64,000 nucleotides of DNA from Terrimicrobiaceae bacterium (GCA_041752695.1 JBGSVZ010000043.1:32001-96000); one strand, 5' to 3'; shown: positions 33,001 to 41,751, counted from the first letter of the stretch. Translations and numbers: made by a program. Notes: generated from the sequence alone by a model not told the origin.

Positions 33001-33200
33001 GATTACGCCCAAAAGTGATGACGGTCAGTACGGTGATCGCCAGCCTCCTCCCCATCATGTGGAGCGCTAAAACTGGCGCCGAAGTGATGAAGCCCATCGC
33101 CACTCCGGTGATCGGCGGCATGCTCAGCAGCCTGCTGCATATCCTGATTGTGACTCCGGTGATTTTTTACTGGCTGCGGAAGCGGGCGATGAAGTTGTAG
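30033..33200 (+). CDS. cusA: CusA-type Cu/Ag RND efflux permease
   Basis: DAIPDLSENQV, GPDATGLGWVYQY, AIGVLVDAAIVM, TDPAPVEMIET, RLRPKVMT. Confidence 0.95.
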   Translation: MNTEEHPGLIAWLVDWSLRNRFLVACATLLVIGWGIWAVRHTPVDAIPDLSENQVIVYADWAGRSPQEVEDQVTYPLSTNLQGLAGVKEVRAQSMFGFSLLTVVFDDSIDNYFARTRVLERLSFLQTLLPEAVTPQLGPDATGLGWVYQYYLKVDPAKSPNGGYDLGTLRSLQDFFLRYQLAAVEGVAEVASVGGFVRQYQVAVDSGKMRQAGVNLREVMDALANSNLNVGGKVIEENGMEFVVRGIGLVNSLDDLKRIAVRTEGGLPIYLEDIASISMGGDFRRGALDVDGNEVVGGVVVMRTGENAMRVIERVKEKIARIAPSLPAGVTIEPFYDRSDLIDRTIETLRHALIEEIILVTLAHIIFLWHFRSILIVTIPLPVSILISFILMDVFGISSNVMSLAGIAIAIGVLVDAAIVMTENVIRHNEEAEKKKGSKLTAHETLEVTRVAARQVGRPIFFAMAIIILAFLPVFALGGQEGKLFHPLAFTKTFAMIGATLLGVTLVPVLCTWLVRGPFHEEKDNVVMRFLMRIYRPALEWALGHGKTVLLCAFALLAAAVVLASRIGSEFMPPLEEGSLLFMPVLLPSTSLTEVKRVMSWQDRVIKSVPEVESVAGKLGRAETPTDPAPVEMIETTIMLKPRSAWRAGLTKEKIIAELSEKLSVVPGYVPGFLQPIENRILMLSTGIRAQVGIKVLGADLDVIQQVAFRIEEVVRKIPGAVGVAASRVQGKPYLEVLPDRQALARYGLNIRDVMDVVEIGLGGLNVSTTIEGRARYPIQLRLERGERTDIETLGAILIPTKDGPSVPLGQVATIRRSSGPSEISSEDGLLRVFVQTNVQGRDLGGFVKETQRRIEEEVTLPAGVTLKWSGQYENQLSAQRTLTLIVPVVLLIIFMLLATVFRSAMEAAHVILAVPFALTGGLFLQYLLGYNFSVAVWIGYIALFGTAIQTGVVMVVYLEEALKRHQEEKGAGFTLSDLRAAVLEGSMLRLRPKVMTVSTVIASLLPIMWSAKTGAEVMKPIATPVIGGMLSSLLHILIVTPVIFYWLRKRAMKL

Positions 33201-33266
33201 GTTGGAGTTCACGCTTCAGCGTGTGCTTCGCGTAACAGTCCCGCGTAGGCGGGACTGGACTCAAAC
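33201..33266. repeat. REP-like composite palindrome between convergent genes
   Basis: Hairpins CACGC-TTCA-GCGTG (33210-33223) and AGTCCCGC-GTAG-GCGGGACT (33237-33256), enclosed by imperfect arms GTTGGAGTTC / GGACTCAAAC. Confidence 0.6.
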
Positions 33267-33268
33267 GA

Positions 33269-33874
33269 TCACACGCCGCCGCGCTCCAGTTCCATCACCT
33301 GGCCTCGCAGATTCTCTCCGGCGTAACAATGCGGCCCGCAGGAAATGAGACCGTGCCGGCGGAAGAGCCGGCGGTAAAACGCCGTGGTGCGGGGTTCGAT
33401 CTCCTTGAAGTCTCCCTGCAGGGCTTCTTCGCTGGCATAGGCTTCGAGGAAGGCAATGCCTCCTAGCATTTGGGCAATCAGGGAAATGCCAACGGCAAGA
33501 TCCTTGCGGGGCACATAATAGAGCGTGTCGCTGCTGATGATGAGGTCGTAGGTTTTTGTGAGATTGATGCCCCCAAGGTCCGCGAAGCCGCCGAGTCGGA
33601 GATTGCGCTGCCGGCCAAACCGGTTCACCGCGTATTCGCTGGGATCCACGCCGAGATACCGCAAACCCGGGCGCAGGGTGGTGAGGATCGGCTGCCATTG
33701 TCCCTCACCGCAGCCGATGTCGAGAACGGTGCGGACTGGCCGTTCCAAAAAAAACTCCGCCACGCCCAGCACCATCGCAGCTTTGCGGGTCGTGGTGGCG
33801 GTGGTGACCACCCGGTGTTTGGGGTGCCGGTACCATTTGTCGAAATAGGCTTTGTCGTACGGACGGGCGTTCAT
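33269..33874 (-). CDS. Class I SAM-dependent methyltransferase
   Basis: VLDIGCGEG, GVDPS, YDLII. Confidence 0.88.
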   Translation of the reverse strand: MNARPYDKAYFDKWYRHPKHRVVTTATTTRKAAMVLGVAEFFLERPVRTVLDIGCGEGQWQPILTTLRPGLRYLGVDPSEYAVNRFGRQRNLRLGGFADLGGINLTKTYDLIISSDTLYYVPRKDLAVGISLIAQMLGGIAFLEAYASEEALQGDFKEIEPRTTAFYRRLFRRHGLISCGPHCYAGENLRGQVMELERGGV

Positions 33875-33987
33875 GTGGGGCCGGACTGTAGCCGGGAGGC
33901 TCGGCCGGGGCGAGCCCTCAATAGCCGGGCGGCATGGCCGTTCGTTTCGATTTCGCTTCCCGCCGAAAATCTGCTACACGTACGGCA

Positions 33988-35295
33988 ATGTTTGAAATCA
34001 AAGCCCGGGATAAAATGGTGGAACGCGCGCTCTTGGTCGGTTCCTATACCGACCAGGCAGCGAAGGCGGATGCCCAGGACCTGTTGGAAGAGTTGGAAGA
34101 ACTCACCGCCACCCTCGGAATTCCCGTGGTGGAAAAGATGTTGGTTTTTAACCGGGAACTGCAGGCGCGGTATTTGTTGGGCTCGGGCAAGGCGGAGGAA
34201 ATCTGCGCCCGGATGCAAGCTCTGGACTGCGACGTAATCATTTTCGACAACGAACTGACCCCCGCGCAGCAACGCAATTGGGAGGCACTCTCCAAGGTTC
34301 TGGTGATCGACCGACAGGAAATCATCCTCGATATTTTTGGGGCCCGGGCGCAGACCCGCGAGGCAAAAATCCAGGTGGACCTGGCACGCATGGCATACTC
34401 CATGCCACGACTTACCCGCGCCTGGGGCCACCTCGGCAAGCAGGGGGGCGGAATTGGGGCCAAGGGCGAGGGCGAAAGCCAGTTAGAACAGGACCGTCGG
34501 AAAATTCGCGGTCAGATGGACCGGCTGAAGCGCGAGTTGCAGTCGGTACGCAGTTCGCGCGCCACCCAGCGCAAGGATCGCAAACGCGCCCCGGTGCCGA
34601 ACGCCGCCATTGTGGGCTACACCAACGTCGGGAAATCCTCCCTGCTGCGCCGCCTCACCGGCGCGGAGGTCTTGGTGGAGGACAAACTTTTCGCAACCCT
34701 GGACACCACCACCCGCAAAATCGCGCTCCCCAATAAACAGCCGCTGCTATTGACTGATACGGTCGGTTTTATCCGCAATCTTCCGCACGAATTGGTGGAA
34801 GCGTTCCATGCCACGCTGGAAGAGGCCACGCTCTCGGATTTTCTCATTCACGTACTCGATGCCTCCCATCCGCGGGTGATGGAATTTTACAACACGACGA
34901 TGGAAGTGCTGGGCGATCTCGGGGCCAACACCAAGCAGATGCTGGTCGTGTTCAACAAGATCGACAAAGTGGACGACGACCACACTCGGGTTGTGTTGCG
35001 CCGACATTTTCCCGAAGCGGTTTTTATCTCCGTGCACACCGGCGAAGGCCTGGAGGAGCTGGTCAAACGCATCGGCGGATTTGTCAGTCATGGCACCATC
35101 CAGGTGGAACTCCTCCTTCCGCTCGCCCGCACCGATCTTCTCGCGCGCATTCATCGCGAAGGGACGATGGACCACCTCGATTACGAAGACGACGCCATGC
35201 GGGTCCGTGCTACCATCCCGGTGCGGTCGCTGGAAATCTTCGCGCCCTTTGAGGTCGCAGATGTCCTGGCCGGGCGGCCGGCTGAAAAGGCGTAG
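33988..35295 (+). CDS. hflX: Ribosome-splitting GTPase HflX
   Basis: GYTNVGKS, LFATLDTT, DTVGF, NKID; ELTPAQQRN; start MFEIK chosen. Confidence 0.96.
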   Translation: MFEIKARDKMVERALLVGSYTDQAAKADAQDLLEELEELTATLGIPVVEKMLVFNRELQARYLLGSGKAEEICARMQALDCDVIIFDNELTPAQQRNWEALSKVLVIDRQEIILDIFGARAQTREAKIQVDLARMAYSMPRLTRAWGHLGKQGGGIGAKGEGESQLEQDRRKIRGQMDRLKRELQSVRSSRATQRKDRKRAPVPNAAIVGYTNVGKSSLLRRLTGAEVLVEDKLFATLDTTTRKIALPNKQPLLLTDTVGFIRNLPHELVEAFHATLEEATLSDFLIHVLDASHPRVMEFYNTTMEVLGDLGANTKQMLVVFNKIDKVDDDHTRVVLRRHFPEAVFISVHTGEGLEELVKRIGGFVSHGTIQVELLLPLARTDLLARIHREGTMDHLDYEDDAMRVRATIPVRSLEIFAPFEVADVLAGRPAEKA

Positions 35296-36009
35296 GAGGA
35301 TTGACCGCGGATGACGCGGATGGAGCGGATGGGGAGGGGGGATTCGACGGGTTGGAGTAGGTGCCAATTCAGCTTTCCGACTCTTTTGGTCCGCTTTCAG
35401 TTTCTTATCCGCAATATCCGCGTCATCCGCGGTTAAAAATTCTTCAATCGTTTCACGCCATTTGGGGCCGACAGAAAAGGCGTAGGAGGATTGGCCGCGG
35501 ATGACGCGGATGACGCGGATGGAGCGGATGGGGAGGGGGGGCGTGGTGTTATTGCGGATTTTCGTTTTGCCGCACGACACGTTTCCATTCCAACTTCGCA
35601 TTTTTGAAATTGATGAGAATCGCCAGTTGCAGGCCGGAAATTGCGAGGTAACCGGTCATCTGGGCGACATGCGTGTCGGTAAAGGACGTCACGACCTTGG
35701 GATCGACGATAACGAGACCGTCAACAATCAGGTCCGGAATCCAACGTGCCGACGTTCACTTCGCGATAGAAAACGGGATATTGTCTTTGTTGCTCGATCA
35801 CGTGGCCGCGACCCTCTAGTTCCAATCTCAGAGAATTTTCATAGATCTTCTCGTCTAAACCCGGTTTGAGCGTGTTGAGCACATGCATGGCGGCACCAAT
35901 GATTTTCCCGCTCAATTGTTCGTAAAGCATGCCCATGAAGAACTGCCTGTCTTTATCCGCCAAATCCGTTTCATCCGCGGTAAGAAATTCCTCCGCTTCT
36001 TCAAGCCAT
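35276..36009. repeat. Tandemly duplicated inverted-repeat cassette (GCGGATGAC-type 9-bp subrepeats); second copy carries a GxxExxY gene
   Basis: Direct repeat GAAAAGGCGTAGGAGGATTG(A/G)CCGCGGATGACGCGGAT..GGGGAGGGGG at 35284 and 35474; inverted arms ATCCGC..ATCCG..TCATCCGCGGT at 35407-35433 and 35955-35981. Confidence 0.85.
35549..35936 (-). pseudogene. GxxExxY (PD-(D/E)xK nuclease-like) protein with a +1 frameshift
   Basis: IIGAAMHV..PGLDEKIYE in one frame; removing one base at 35741-35742 restores IPDLIVDGLVIVDPK..HVAQMTGYL..LINF..LEWKRVV to TAA at 35549; the span is 388 nt = 3n+1. Confidence 0.85.
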
Positions 36010-38337
36010 TGCGATGCCGTTTTTCGCGAGGGCCTCATTCATGGCGATCGAGAGGTCGCTGCGCAGGCGGCTGATATTGGCGAGATCGGCGGTCCAGACG
36101 TGGAGTTCGAAGGTGAGGGAGGCGGCGGTGAATTTCGTCACAACGGCTTCCGGCGGGGGGATGGTGCTAACCTCAGGGCGGGCTGTGGCGGTGGCTTCGA
36201 GCAGGGCGATCACTTTCTGCGGATCAACCTCGGCGGCGATTGTGACAACGTCCAGCTCGAGGAGGCGTTGATGGTTGGTATGGGTCCAGTTGGTGACCGG
36301 GTCGGAAATCAATCGGGCATTGGGAATGATGATTTCAGAACCCTGTGGCGTGCGGATAACGGTAGCGCGAATGCCAATCTGCCGCACCGTGCCCTGGAGC
36401 GTGCCGATCTCAATGAGGTCGCCGATTTTGATGGGACGTTCGAAGAGGACAATGAGACTGGAGACGAAATTGTTGACGATGGTTTGCAGACCGAAGGCCA
36501 GGCCCACGCCGAAGGCTCCCGCCAAAACGGTGAATTTGCTGATGTCTCCCATCAGGGCCGCCATGGCGAGGTAAAAACCCAGGAGTAGGATAGCGTAGTG
36601 CAGCAAGGTCGAGATGGCAAAGGGCAGTCCGGCTTTGAGGCGCACGCGGCGATAGACATCTTCCTCGAGAAGAAAGCGCACGAATTGGGAAATGAGAAAT
36701 GACGCCCAGACCGTGAGCAGGAAGGTGACCAGTCCGCCGACGGTGACCTCAGCGACGAGCGGAAGGGCAAGGAAGGCGGCAACGGCGGCGACCGTTTCGT
36801 TGAGCAGGGACATCTTGTCGAGGGCGAAAAGCACCCAGAGGACCGTTGCCGCAAAGCGAACCGCTCGACAGATGCGGCGCTCGAGCAGCGGCCGGTGGTG
36901 ACGCACCATGGCCAGCAGGGAAAGCGGCGGAACTTTAAAAGCGAGCGCGACCAGTCCGTCCAGGATGCGACAGGCGGCGTAGAGCAGGAGGGCGAGGAAC
37001 GCGCACTGCAGAAAGATTCCGCCGATGAAAAGCGCGAGGTTGACGTAGCCGACCACGTTGGCGATGGCGGCAACGACGAAGATCGCCAGCGAAACCCGGG
37101 CCGCTGCACCCACGACGTGCCAGAGCAGGCGGCGGCCTTTTTCGGGCTTTTCGGAGAACCGCGAAACGTTTATGAGCCAAAGGACAAAGACAATGCCCGC
37201 CAGGGTTTCTGTGAGATAAATTCCGCGGGAAAGCAGGGGGATTCCGGCCGACCCTTCGCGAATTTGATAGGCTAAGTAACAGGCTGCCAGCGCCCAGGTG
37301 ATGGGGAGAAGCGGGGGGTCGATCAGGCGGCGAAGTACGAGAAAGAGCGGAATGATCAGCGCCGCCCCGAGCAGGGTCAAAAACAGACCAGGCGCACCGG
37401 GATAAAGCGCATATCCCAGCCACAGCGCAAGAAAGGTCGCGGTCGAAACCGGGACTTCAAAGATGGCGGTGGACTCCCGCAAGCTCGGATCGGCCTCGGT
37501 CCAGCGGCGGGCGAATTTGCGGGCCGCTTGAAAGGCAAAGACGAGCAGCACCCAGATGGAAAAGTGCAGGACGATTTTGCCCCGCTCCCGATAGAGGAAA
37601 TCCTGGGTAGTCTGAACACGTTTCAGAAAGCCGTCCACTGGTGGGGCGGATTCGGTCGGAGCTTGCTGGTAGGCGGCCCACAGGGGCGGACTGTCGCGCA
37701 CGAGCAAACGGTCCACGGCCTCGCCCCTGGCCCGCGTGAGGGCGGCGAGGGTCTTCGTGATGCGCGCGCTCTGGTCCGCCAGACGTCCCTGGAACTTCAG
37801 AAGTTCGGTGCGCCGGGTGTCGATCGCCTCATTCGTGGAGGTGATTTGGTTCCGCACCGCCGTAATGCGGCCCATCAAATCTGCCGGCGCATCATCCGGC
37901 TGAGTGGCTTTCCAGAGTGCGGCCATTTCCGCGACCCGGGCCGCCTGATGGTCCAGTCGACCGAGTTTCTCGTTGATCAGGCCAGCCCAGAAATTGGCGT
38001 CGTCACGCAGCAGGCTCCAGCGGGTGGACTGCTGTTGGATCACCCCGATTTTCGCGGGCGTGGCCAGGAGGCGGGTCGTTTCGATTTCGCTGAGATCGAT
38101 GTCCGTTTTGAACTTCGGCAAAAACTTGGCCAGGTTTTCGGAGAGACCGTCGCTGCCGAGTGTGCCTTGAATCTCCGCCAGCGCGGCCCCGGCTTTGTCA
38201 GCCTCGGATACAATGGCCGAGAGCCCGATCGGCACCACGGGTGTCGGCGAAGGGGAGGGCGCCGGAGTCGCGACAGGCGAGGCCGCACAAAAAAATGCGG
38301 CAAGGGGAAGTAGGCACAGTCGCAGGTGGCGGAACAT
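36001..38337 (-). CDS. Large MscS/MscK-family mechanosensitive channel
   Basis: Signal peptide, periplasmic coiled coil, multiple TMs, GAFGVGLAFGLQTIVNNFVS, ERPIKIGD, IIIPN, VTNWT. Confidence 0.93.
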   Translation of the reverse strand: MFRHLRLCLLPLAAFFCAASPVATPAPSPSPTPVVPIGLSAIVSEADKAGAALAEIQGTLGSDGLSENLAKFLPKFKTDIDLSEIETTRLLATPAKIGVIQQQSTRWSLLRDDANFWAGLINEKLGRLDHQAARVAEMAALWKATQPDDAPADLMGRITAVRNQITSTNEAIDTRRTELLKFQGRLADQSARITKTLAALTRARGEAVDRLLVRDSPPLWAAYQQAPTESAPPVDGFLKRVQTTQDFLYRERGKIVLHFSIWVLLVFAFQAARKFARRWTEADPSLRESTAIFEVPVSTATFLALWLGYALYPGAPGLFLTLLGAALIIPLFLVLRRLIDPPLLPITWALAACYLAYQIREGSAGIPLLSRGIYLTETLAGIVFVLWLINVSRFSEKPEKGRRLLWHVVGAAARVSLAIFVVAAIANVVGYVNLALFIGGIFLQCAFLALLLYAACRILDGLVALAFKVPPLSLLAMVRHHRPLLERRICRAVRFAATVLWVLFALDKMSLLNETVAAVAAFLALPLVAEVTVGGLVTFLLTVWASFLISQFVRFLLEEDVYRRVRLKAGLPFAISTLLHYAILLLGFYLAMAALMGDISKFTVLAGAFGVGLAFGLQTIVNNFVSSLIVLFERPIKIGDLIEIGTLQGTVRQIGIRATVIRTPQGSEIIIPNARLISDPVTNWTHTNHQRLLELDVVTIAAEVDPQKVIALLEATATARPEVSTIPPPEAVVTKFTAASLTFELHVWTADLANISRLRSDLSIAMNEALAKNGIAMA

Positions 38338-38445
38338 GGACACTAACCCTACGCTAATTGTGCCTCCCGGGAAAAGGCGGCGTTTTCGCGAAACTTTCAC
38401 GACCGCTTCATGGGGATTTCACATCGCGGGGTCAGGATCCCCGCG

Positions 38446-39267
38446 ATGAAAAAACAAACCTTCACCTCGTCGTGCGAATGGATTGCCTGGTTTTACGAAA
38501 ACGCCCAGAGCGCCGCGGCCCGATCCAATCCGCCGCCCATCGTGGAAATGCCGGCAGCCTTGCGCGACGTGATCGCCGCATCCCTGCCCGCCTGGCAACT
38601 TGGAGAAACCTCAGACGGCCGGCATTTGCGGGCGGCGGCACGGCAATATTCGGAAACGCAGGAAGACCCCGCCTTTTTTAGTGCCGTGGAAATGTTCATC
38701 CGGGAGGAACAGCGTCACGGGGCCTCGCTCGGGGAGTGGCTGGATCTGGCGGGGATTCCCCGGAAAAAGCGCGACCTCGGCGACAGCCTGTTCCGCTTCT
38801 GCCGCTATGCCATTCCCAACTACGCGGTCTGGGCGTCGGTGGTGGTGATGGTGGAGTCGATGGCGGAAATCTACTACGCGGCGGTCCGGCGCATCACGGT
38901 CTGCCCGCGACTCAAGGCGGAGTGCGGGCGGATCTTACAAGATGAGGTGAAACACATTCAATTCCAGTGCGAACACCTCGCGCTAGCCCGGCGCAAGCTG
39001 CCTTGGTGGGTGCGGTCCCTGGTGAATGCGGGCGAGGCCGGTTTCTACTCCGTGGTTTGCGGTGCGGTCTGGCTGGCGCATGGCCGGCTGCTGCAAGCCG
39101 CGGGAATCCCTCTCCCAAGATTTGTGCTGCTCGCCGCGGAAAAGTTTCGGGTCACCCGCCGGCTGATGAATCCCGAGCGCTACGAGTTCGGGGTCAGCGA
39201 AAGCTGGCGGGCCGGCCAGCGCAGGTCCCGAAAGCTAAGCGAAATGGCGGCGCTTTGGATGCGGTGA
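38446..39267 (+). CDS. Ferritin-like (di-iron) domain protein
   Basis: QLGETSDG, EEQRH, VESMAEIYY, DEVKH (two ExxH motifs). Confidence 0.8.
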   Translation: MKKQTFTSSCEWIAWFYENAQSAAARSNPPPIVEMPAALRDVIAASLPAWQLGETSDGRHLRAAARQYSETQEDPAFFSAVEMFIREEQRHGASLGEWLDLAGIPRKKRDLGDSLFRFCRYAIPNYAVWASVVVMVESMAEIYYAAVRRITVCPRLKAECGRILQDEVKHIQFQCEHLALARRKLPWWVRSLVNAGEAGFYSVVCGAVWLAHGRLLQAAGIPLPRFVLLAAEKFRVTRRLMNPERYEFGVSESWRAGQRRSRKLSEMAALWMR

Positions 39268-39355
39268 GACACGAATTTCACGAATTGGCACGAATTGACG
39301 AGAGCACACCCTGGTTCCTTTCCCCTTGGTGAAAATTCGTGCAATTCGTGTCTCA
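39265..39355. repeat. Inverted-repeat element built from CACGAATT 9-bp units
   Basis: TGAGACACGAATTTCACGAATT (39265-39286) vs AATTCGTGCAATTCGTGTCTCA (39334-39355): 21/22 complementary. Confidence 0.85.
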
Positions 39356-40981
39356 AGCCACGAAACGCTGCGCGATGGGCATGCGTCGACCAATACCGAA
39401 GGCCCGCCCCGTGACTTTGATGCCGGGTGCGGCCTGCTCGCGCTTGTATTCGTTGAGGTCGACCCTGCGGACGATCCAGCGAACGGTTTCGGCGTCGAAT
39501 CCGCGGGCGATGATGTCCGCACCGGAGAGATTTTCCTCCACGTAGAGAGCGAGAATTTCGTCCAGCAAATCGTAGGGTGGAAGAGTGTCCTGGTCTTTTT
39601 GGTCGGGGCGCAGTTCGGCACTGGGCGGTTTGGTGAGGGTGCTTTCCGGAATGATTTCGTGGTCGCGATTGAGGTAACGCGAGAGGCGGTAAACCATGGT
39701 TTTTGGCACATCGGAAATGACGGCCAACCCGCCGCACATGTCGCCGTACAGTGTGCAATAGCCAACCGCCAGTTCGCTTTTGTTTCCGGTCGTGAGGAGG
39801 ATGCTGCCAAGTTTGTTGGAGAGCGCCATGAGGGTCATGCCGCGCAGACGCGCCTGCATATTTTCTTCGGTCGCATCCTCGGCCCGGCCGACAAAGGCGG
39901 GTGCCATCTGCGCCCGGAAGGTTTCAAAAGCCTCTTGAATCGGAATCTTCAAATACCGGATCCCCAGATTGACCGCGAGGCTTTCGGCGTCGGCCACGCT
40001 GTGCGCGGAAGAAAATTGCGTCGGCATGGCCACGCCGGTGACGTTTTCCTTCCCCACGGCATCGGCCGCGAGGCAGGCCACCAGGGCGGAGTCGATACCG
40101 CCACTCAGGCCGAGGACGCAGGTTTTGAATCCGCATTTGGCCATGTAATCGCGCAGACCGAGAACAAGGGCGGCATGGAGATCGCCGCACTCTGTGCGGA
40201 GTGAAGGTGAGAGTGAAGGGGAAGAGGGGGAGACGCAGGCGGTTTCTTCGGCAAAGGACGCGCCTTGCCAGTTGAGGCGACCGTCGGCCGCGATGGCGAG
40301 CGAGTTCCCATCAAAAACGAGTTGGTCATTACCGCCCACGGAATTGCAGTAATAAAATGGGACGCCGTATTTTTCCGCCAAGGCCTGGATCATGCTGAGG
40401 CGCTGCGCCGGCTTGCCGAGTTGAAAAGGCGAGGCGCTGAGGTTGAGGATGGCGGTGGCGCCAGCGGCAGCCAGCACTGCCACGGGGTCGCAGGTGTAAA
40501 GGGGGCGGGGGAGAGACTCGCGCGTCCAGATGTCCTCGCAGATGGTCACCCCGATACTCCGTTCTTTGATAACGACCGGAGCCACCGCGGTGGCAGGTTC
40601 AAAATATCGCGCTTCGTCGAATACGTCATAGGTCGGCAGCAGGGACTTGTGGACGATCTGCGGTTCCTGCCCCGCTTCCAGCACGGCGGCGGCGTTATGA
40701 AAATGTCGTCCATTGTCCGAGCGGTTGGCGTCGATAAAACCCACCACCAGCGCGGCGGAACGAAGCTCAGACCGGAGACAGTCGAGCGCGGCCAGATTTT
40801 CCGGCAAAAACCGGGATTTGAAAAGCAGGTCCTGCGGCGGGTAACCGGTGATCGCCAGTTCGGGCGTGAGCACGATGTCGGCTCCCGCGGCGTCAAGTTC
40901 CTGATACGCGGCGAGGATCCGGGCGCAATTCCCGGCGAAATCTCCGACGGTGGTGTTGATCTGTGCGAAGCCGATTTTCAT
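39353..40981 (-). CDS. nadE: Glutamine-dependent NAD+ synthetase
   Basis: Nitrilase-fold triad PEL / K / ICED; GLSGGIDS, ENMQARLR, TGNKSE, PPSAEL. Confidence 0.96.
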   Translation of the reverse strand: MKIGFAQINTTVGDFAGNCARILAAYQELDAAGADIVLTPELAITGYPPQDLLFKSRFLPENLAALDCLRSELRSAALVVGFIDANRSDNGRHFHNAAAVLEAGQEPQIVHKSLLPTYDVFDEARYFEPATAVAPVVIKERSIGVTICEDIWTRESLPRPLYTCDPVAVLAAAGATAILNLSASPFQLGKPAQRLSMIQALAEKYGVPFYYCNSVGGNDQLVFDGNSLAIAADGRLNWQGASFAEETACVSPSSPSLSPSLRTECGDLHAALVLGLRDYMAKCGFKTCVLGLSGGIDSALVACLAADAVGKENVTGVAMPTQFSSAHSVADAESLAVNLGIRYLKIPIQEAFETFRAQMAPAFVGRAEDATEENMQARLRGMTLMALSNKLGSILLTTGNKSELAVGYCTLYGDMCGGLAVISDVPKTMVYRLSRYLNRDHEIIPESTLTKPPSAELRPDQKDQDTLPPYDLLDEILALYVEENLSGADIIARGFDAETVRWIVRRVDLNEYKREQAAPGIKVTGRAFGIGRRMPIAQRFVA

Positions 40982-40982
40982 C

Positions 40983-41669
40983 CTACCAGAATCCCCATTG
41001 TTTCGTCGCCATGATGTAAAAACCCAGCCCGAGATTTGTCACGGCATGCGCCAGCACACAGGCCCACAGGCTCTTGGTTTTCACCGCGATGCCGTTAAAA
41101 ATGATCCCGGTGAGAAAAGCGCCGATGTAATCGGATGGGGCATGGACGAGCGTGAAAAGCACCGCCACAGCGAAGAAGGAGAACGGCCGGTAGGCTCCGA
41201 ACGCGACAGAATGGAACCGTTCGTTGATGAGGTAGCGCATGAGGAATCCCCGCCAGAAAATTTCCTCCAGCAGCGGAACCACGATCACCAGTCGGGCAAA
41301 GCGCGCGACCACCGTGAGCCAGTAGAGCATCGGGGACTCCAGAAACACCTCGGGGTTAAATCCCTTGTTGCGCGCGGCAGCTCCAAAAAGCTCCTGCGGG
41401 CTCAACCAGATGGCGAGCGCGAGGAGCCCACCGGCCACGCCCCAGAGCCATGGCCCCAGCGGAGTGAAGGTATATTCCTTCCAAAAATAGACGAGCAGCC
41501 CGGCACAGAACATGGCTTGGAGCGGAAACAGCCAATATTTTGGCACCGCCAGAAGCAGGATGCCTGAGGTTTCAAAAAGCGAGGCGATGACGCCATCCAG
41601 AGCAAGGAAGCCCAGGAAAGCGAAAAACGGTAGAGTGTAGGCCAGAAACTGGCGACGCGAAGAATCCAC
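40983..41669 (-). CDS. CAAX prenyl protease-related (CPBP) membrane protein
   Basis: EEIFWRG, FTLVH, HAVTN; multiple TMs. Confidence 0.9.
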   Translation of the reverse strand: MDSSRRQFLAYTLPFFAFLGFLALDGVIASLFETSGILLLAVPKYWLFPLQAMFCAGLLVYFWKEYTFTPLGPWLWGVAGGLLALAIWLSPQELFGAAARNKGFNPEVFLESPMLYWLTVVARFARLVIVVPLLEEIFWRGFLMRYLINERFHSVAFGAYRPFSFFAVAVLFTLVHAPSDYIGAFLTGIIFNGIAVKTKSLWACVLAHAVTNLGLGFYIMATKQWGFW

Positions 41670-41751
41670 GCCTTGATCCTACGGGAAAACCCAGGCCCGG
41701 CGAAACACTTTTGCTTTTCCCTTCGGGGGGTTGCTTGCTAGCGTGCGCGCC

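Noticed and set aside
35284..35541. Possible CRISPR array from the repeated ~57-bp sequence
   Set aside because: Only two copies, 190 nt apart, paired with inverted arms, and no cas genes; better explained as a duplicated inverted-repeat cassette
35501..35869. 122-aa plus-strand ORF starting MTRMTRMERM
   Set aside because: It is a translation of the repeat arm plus the antisense of the GxxExxY gene
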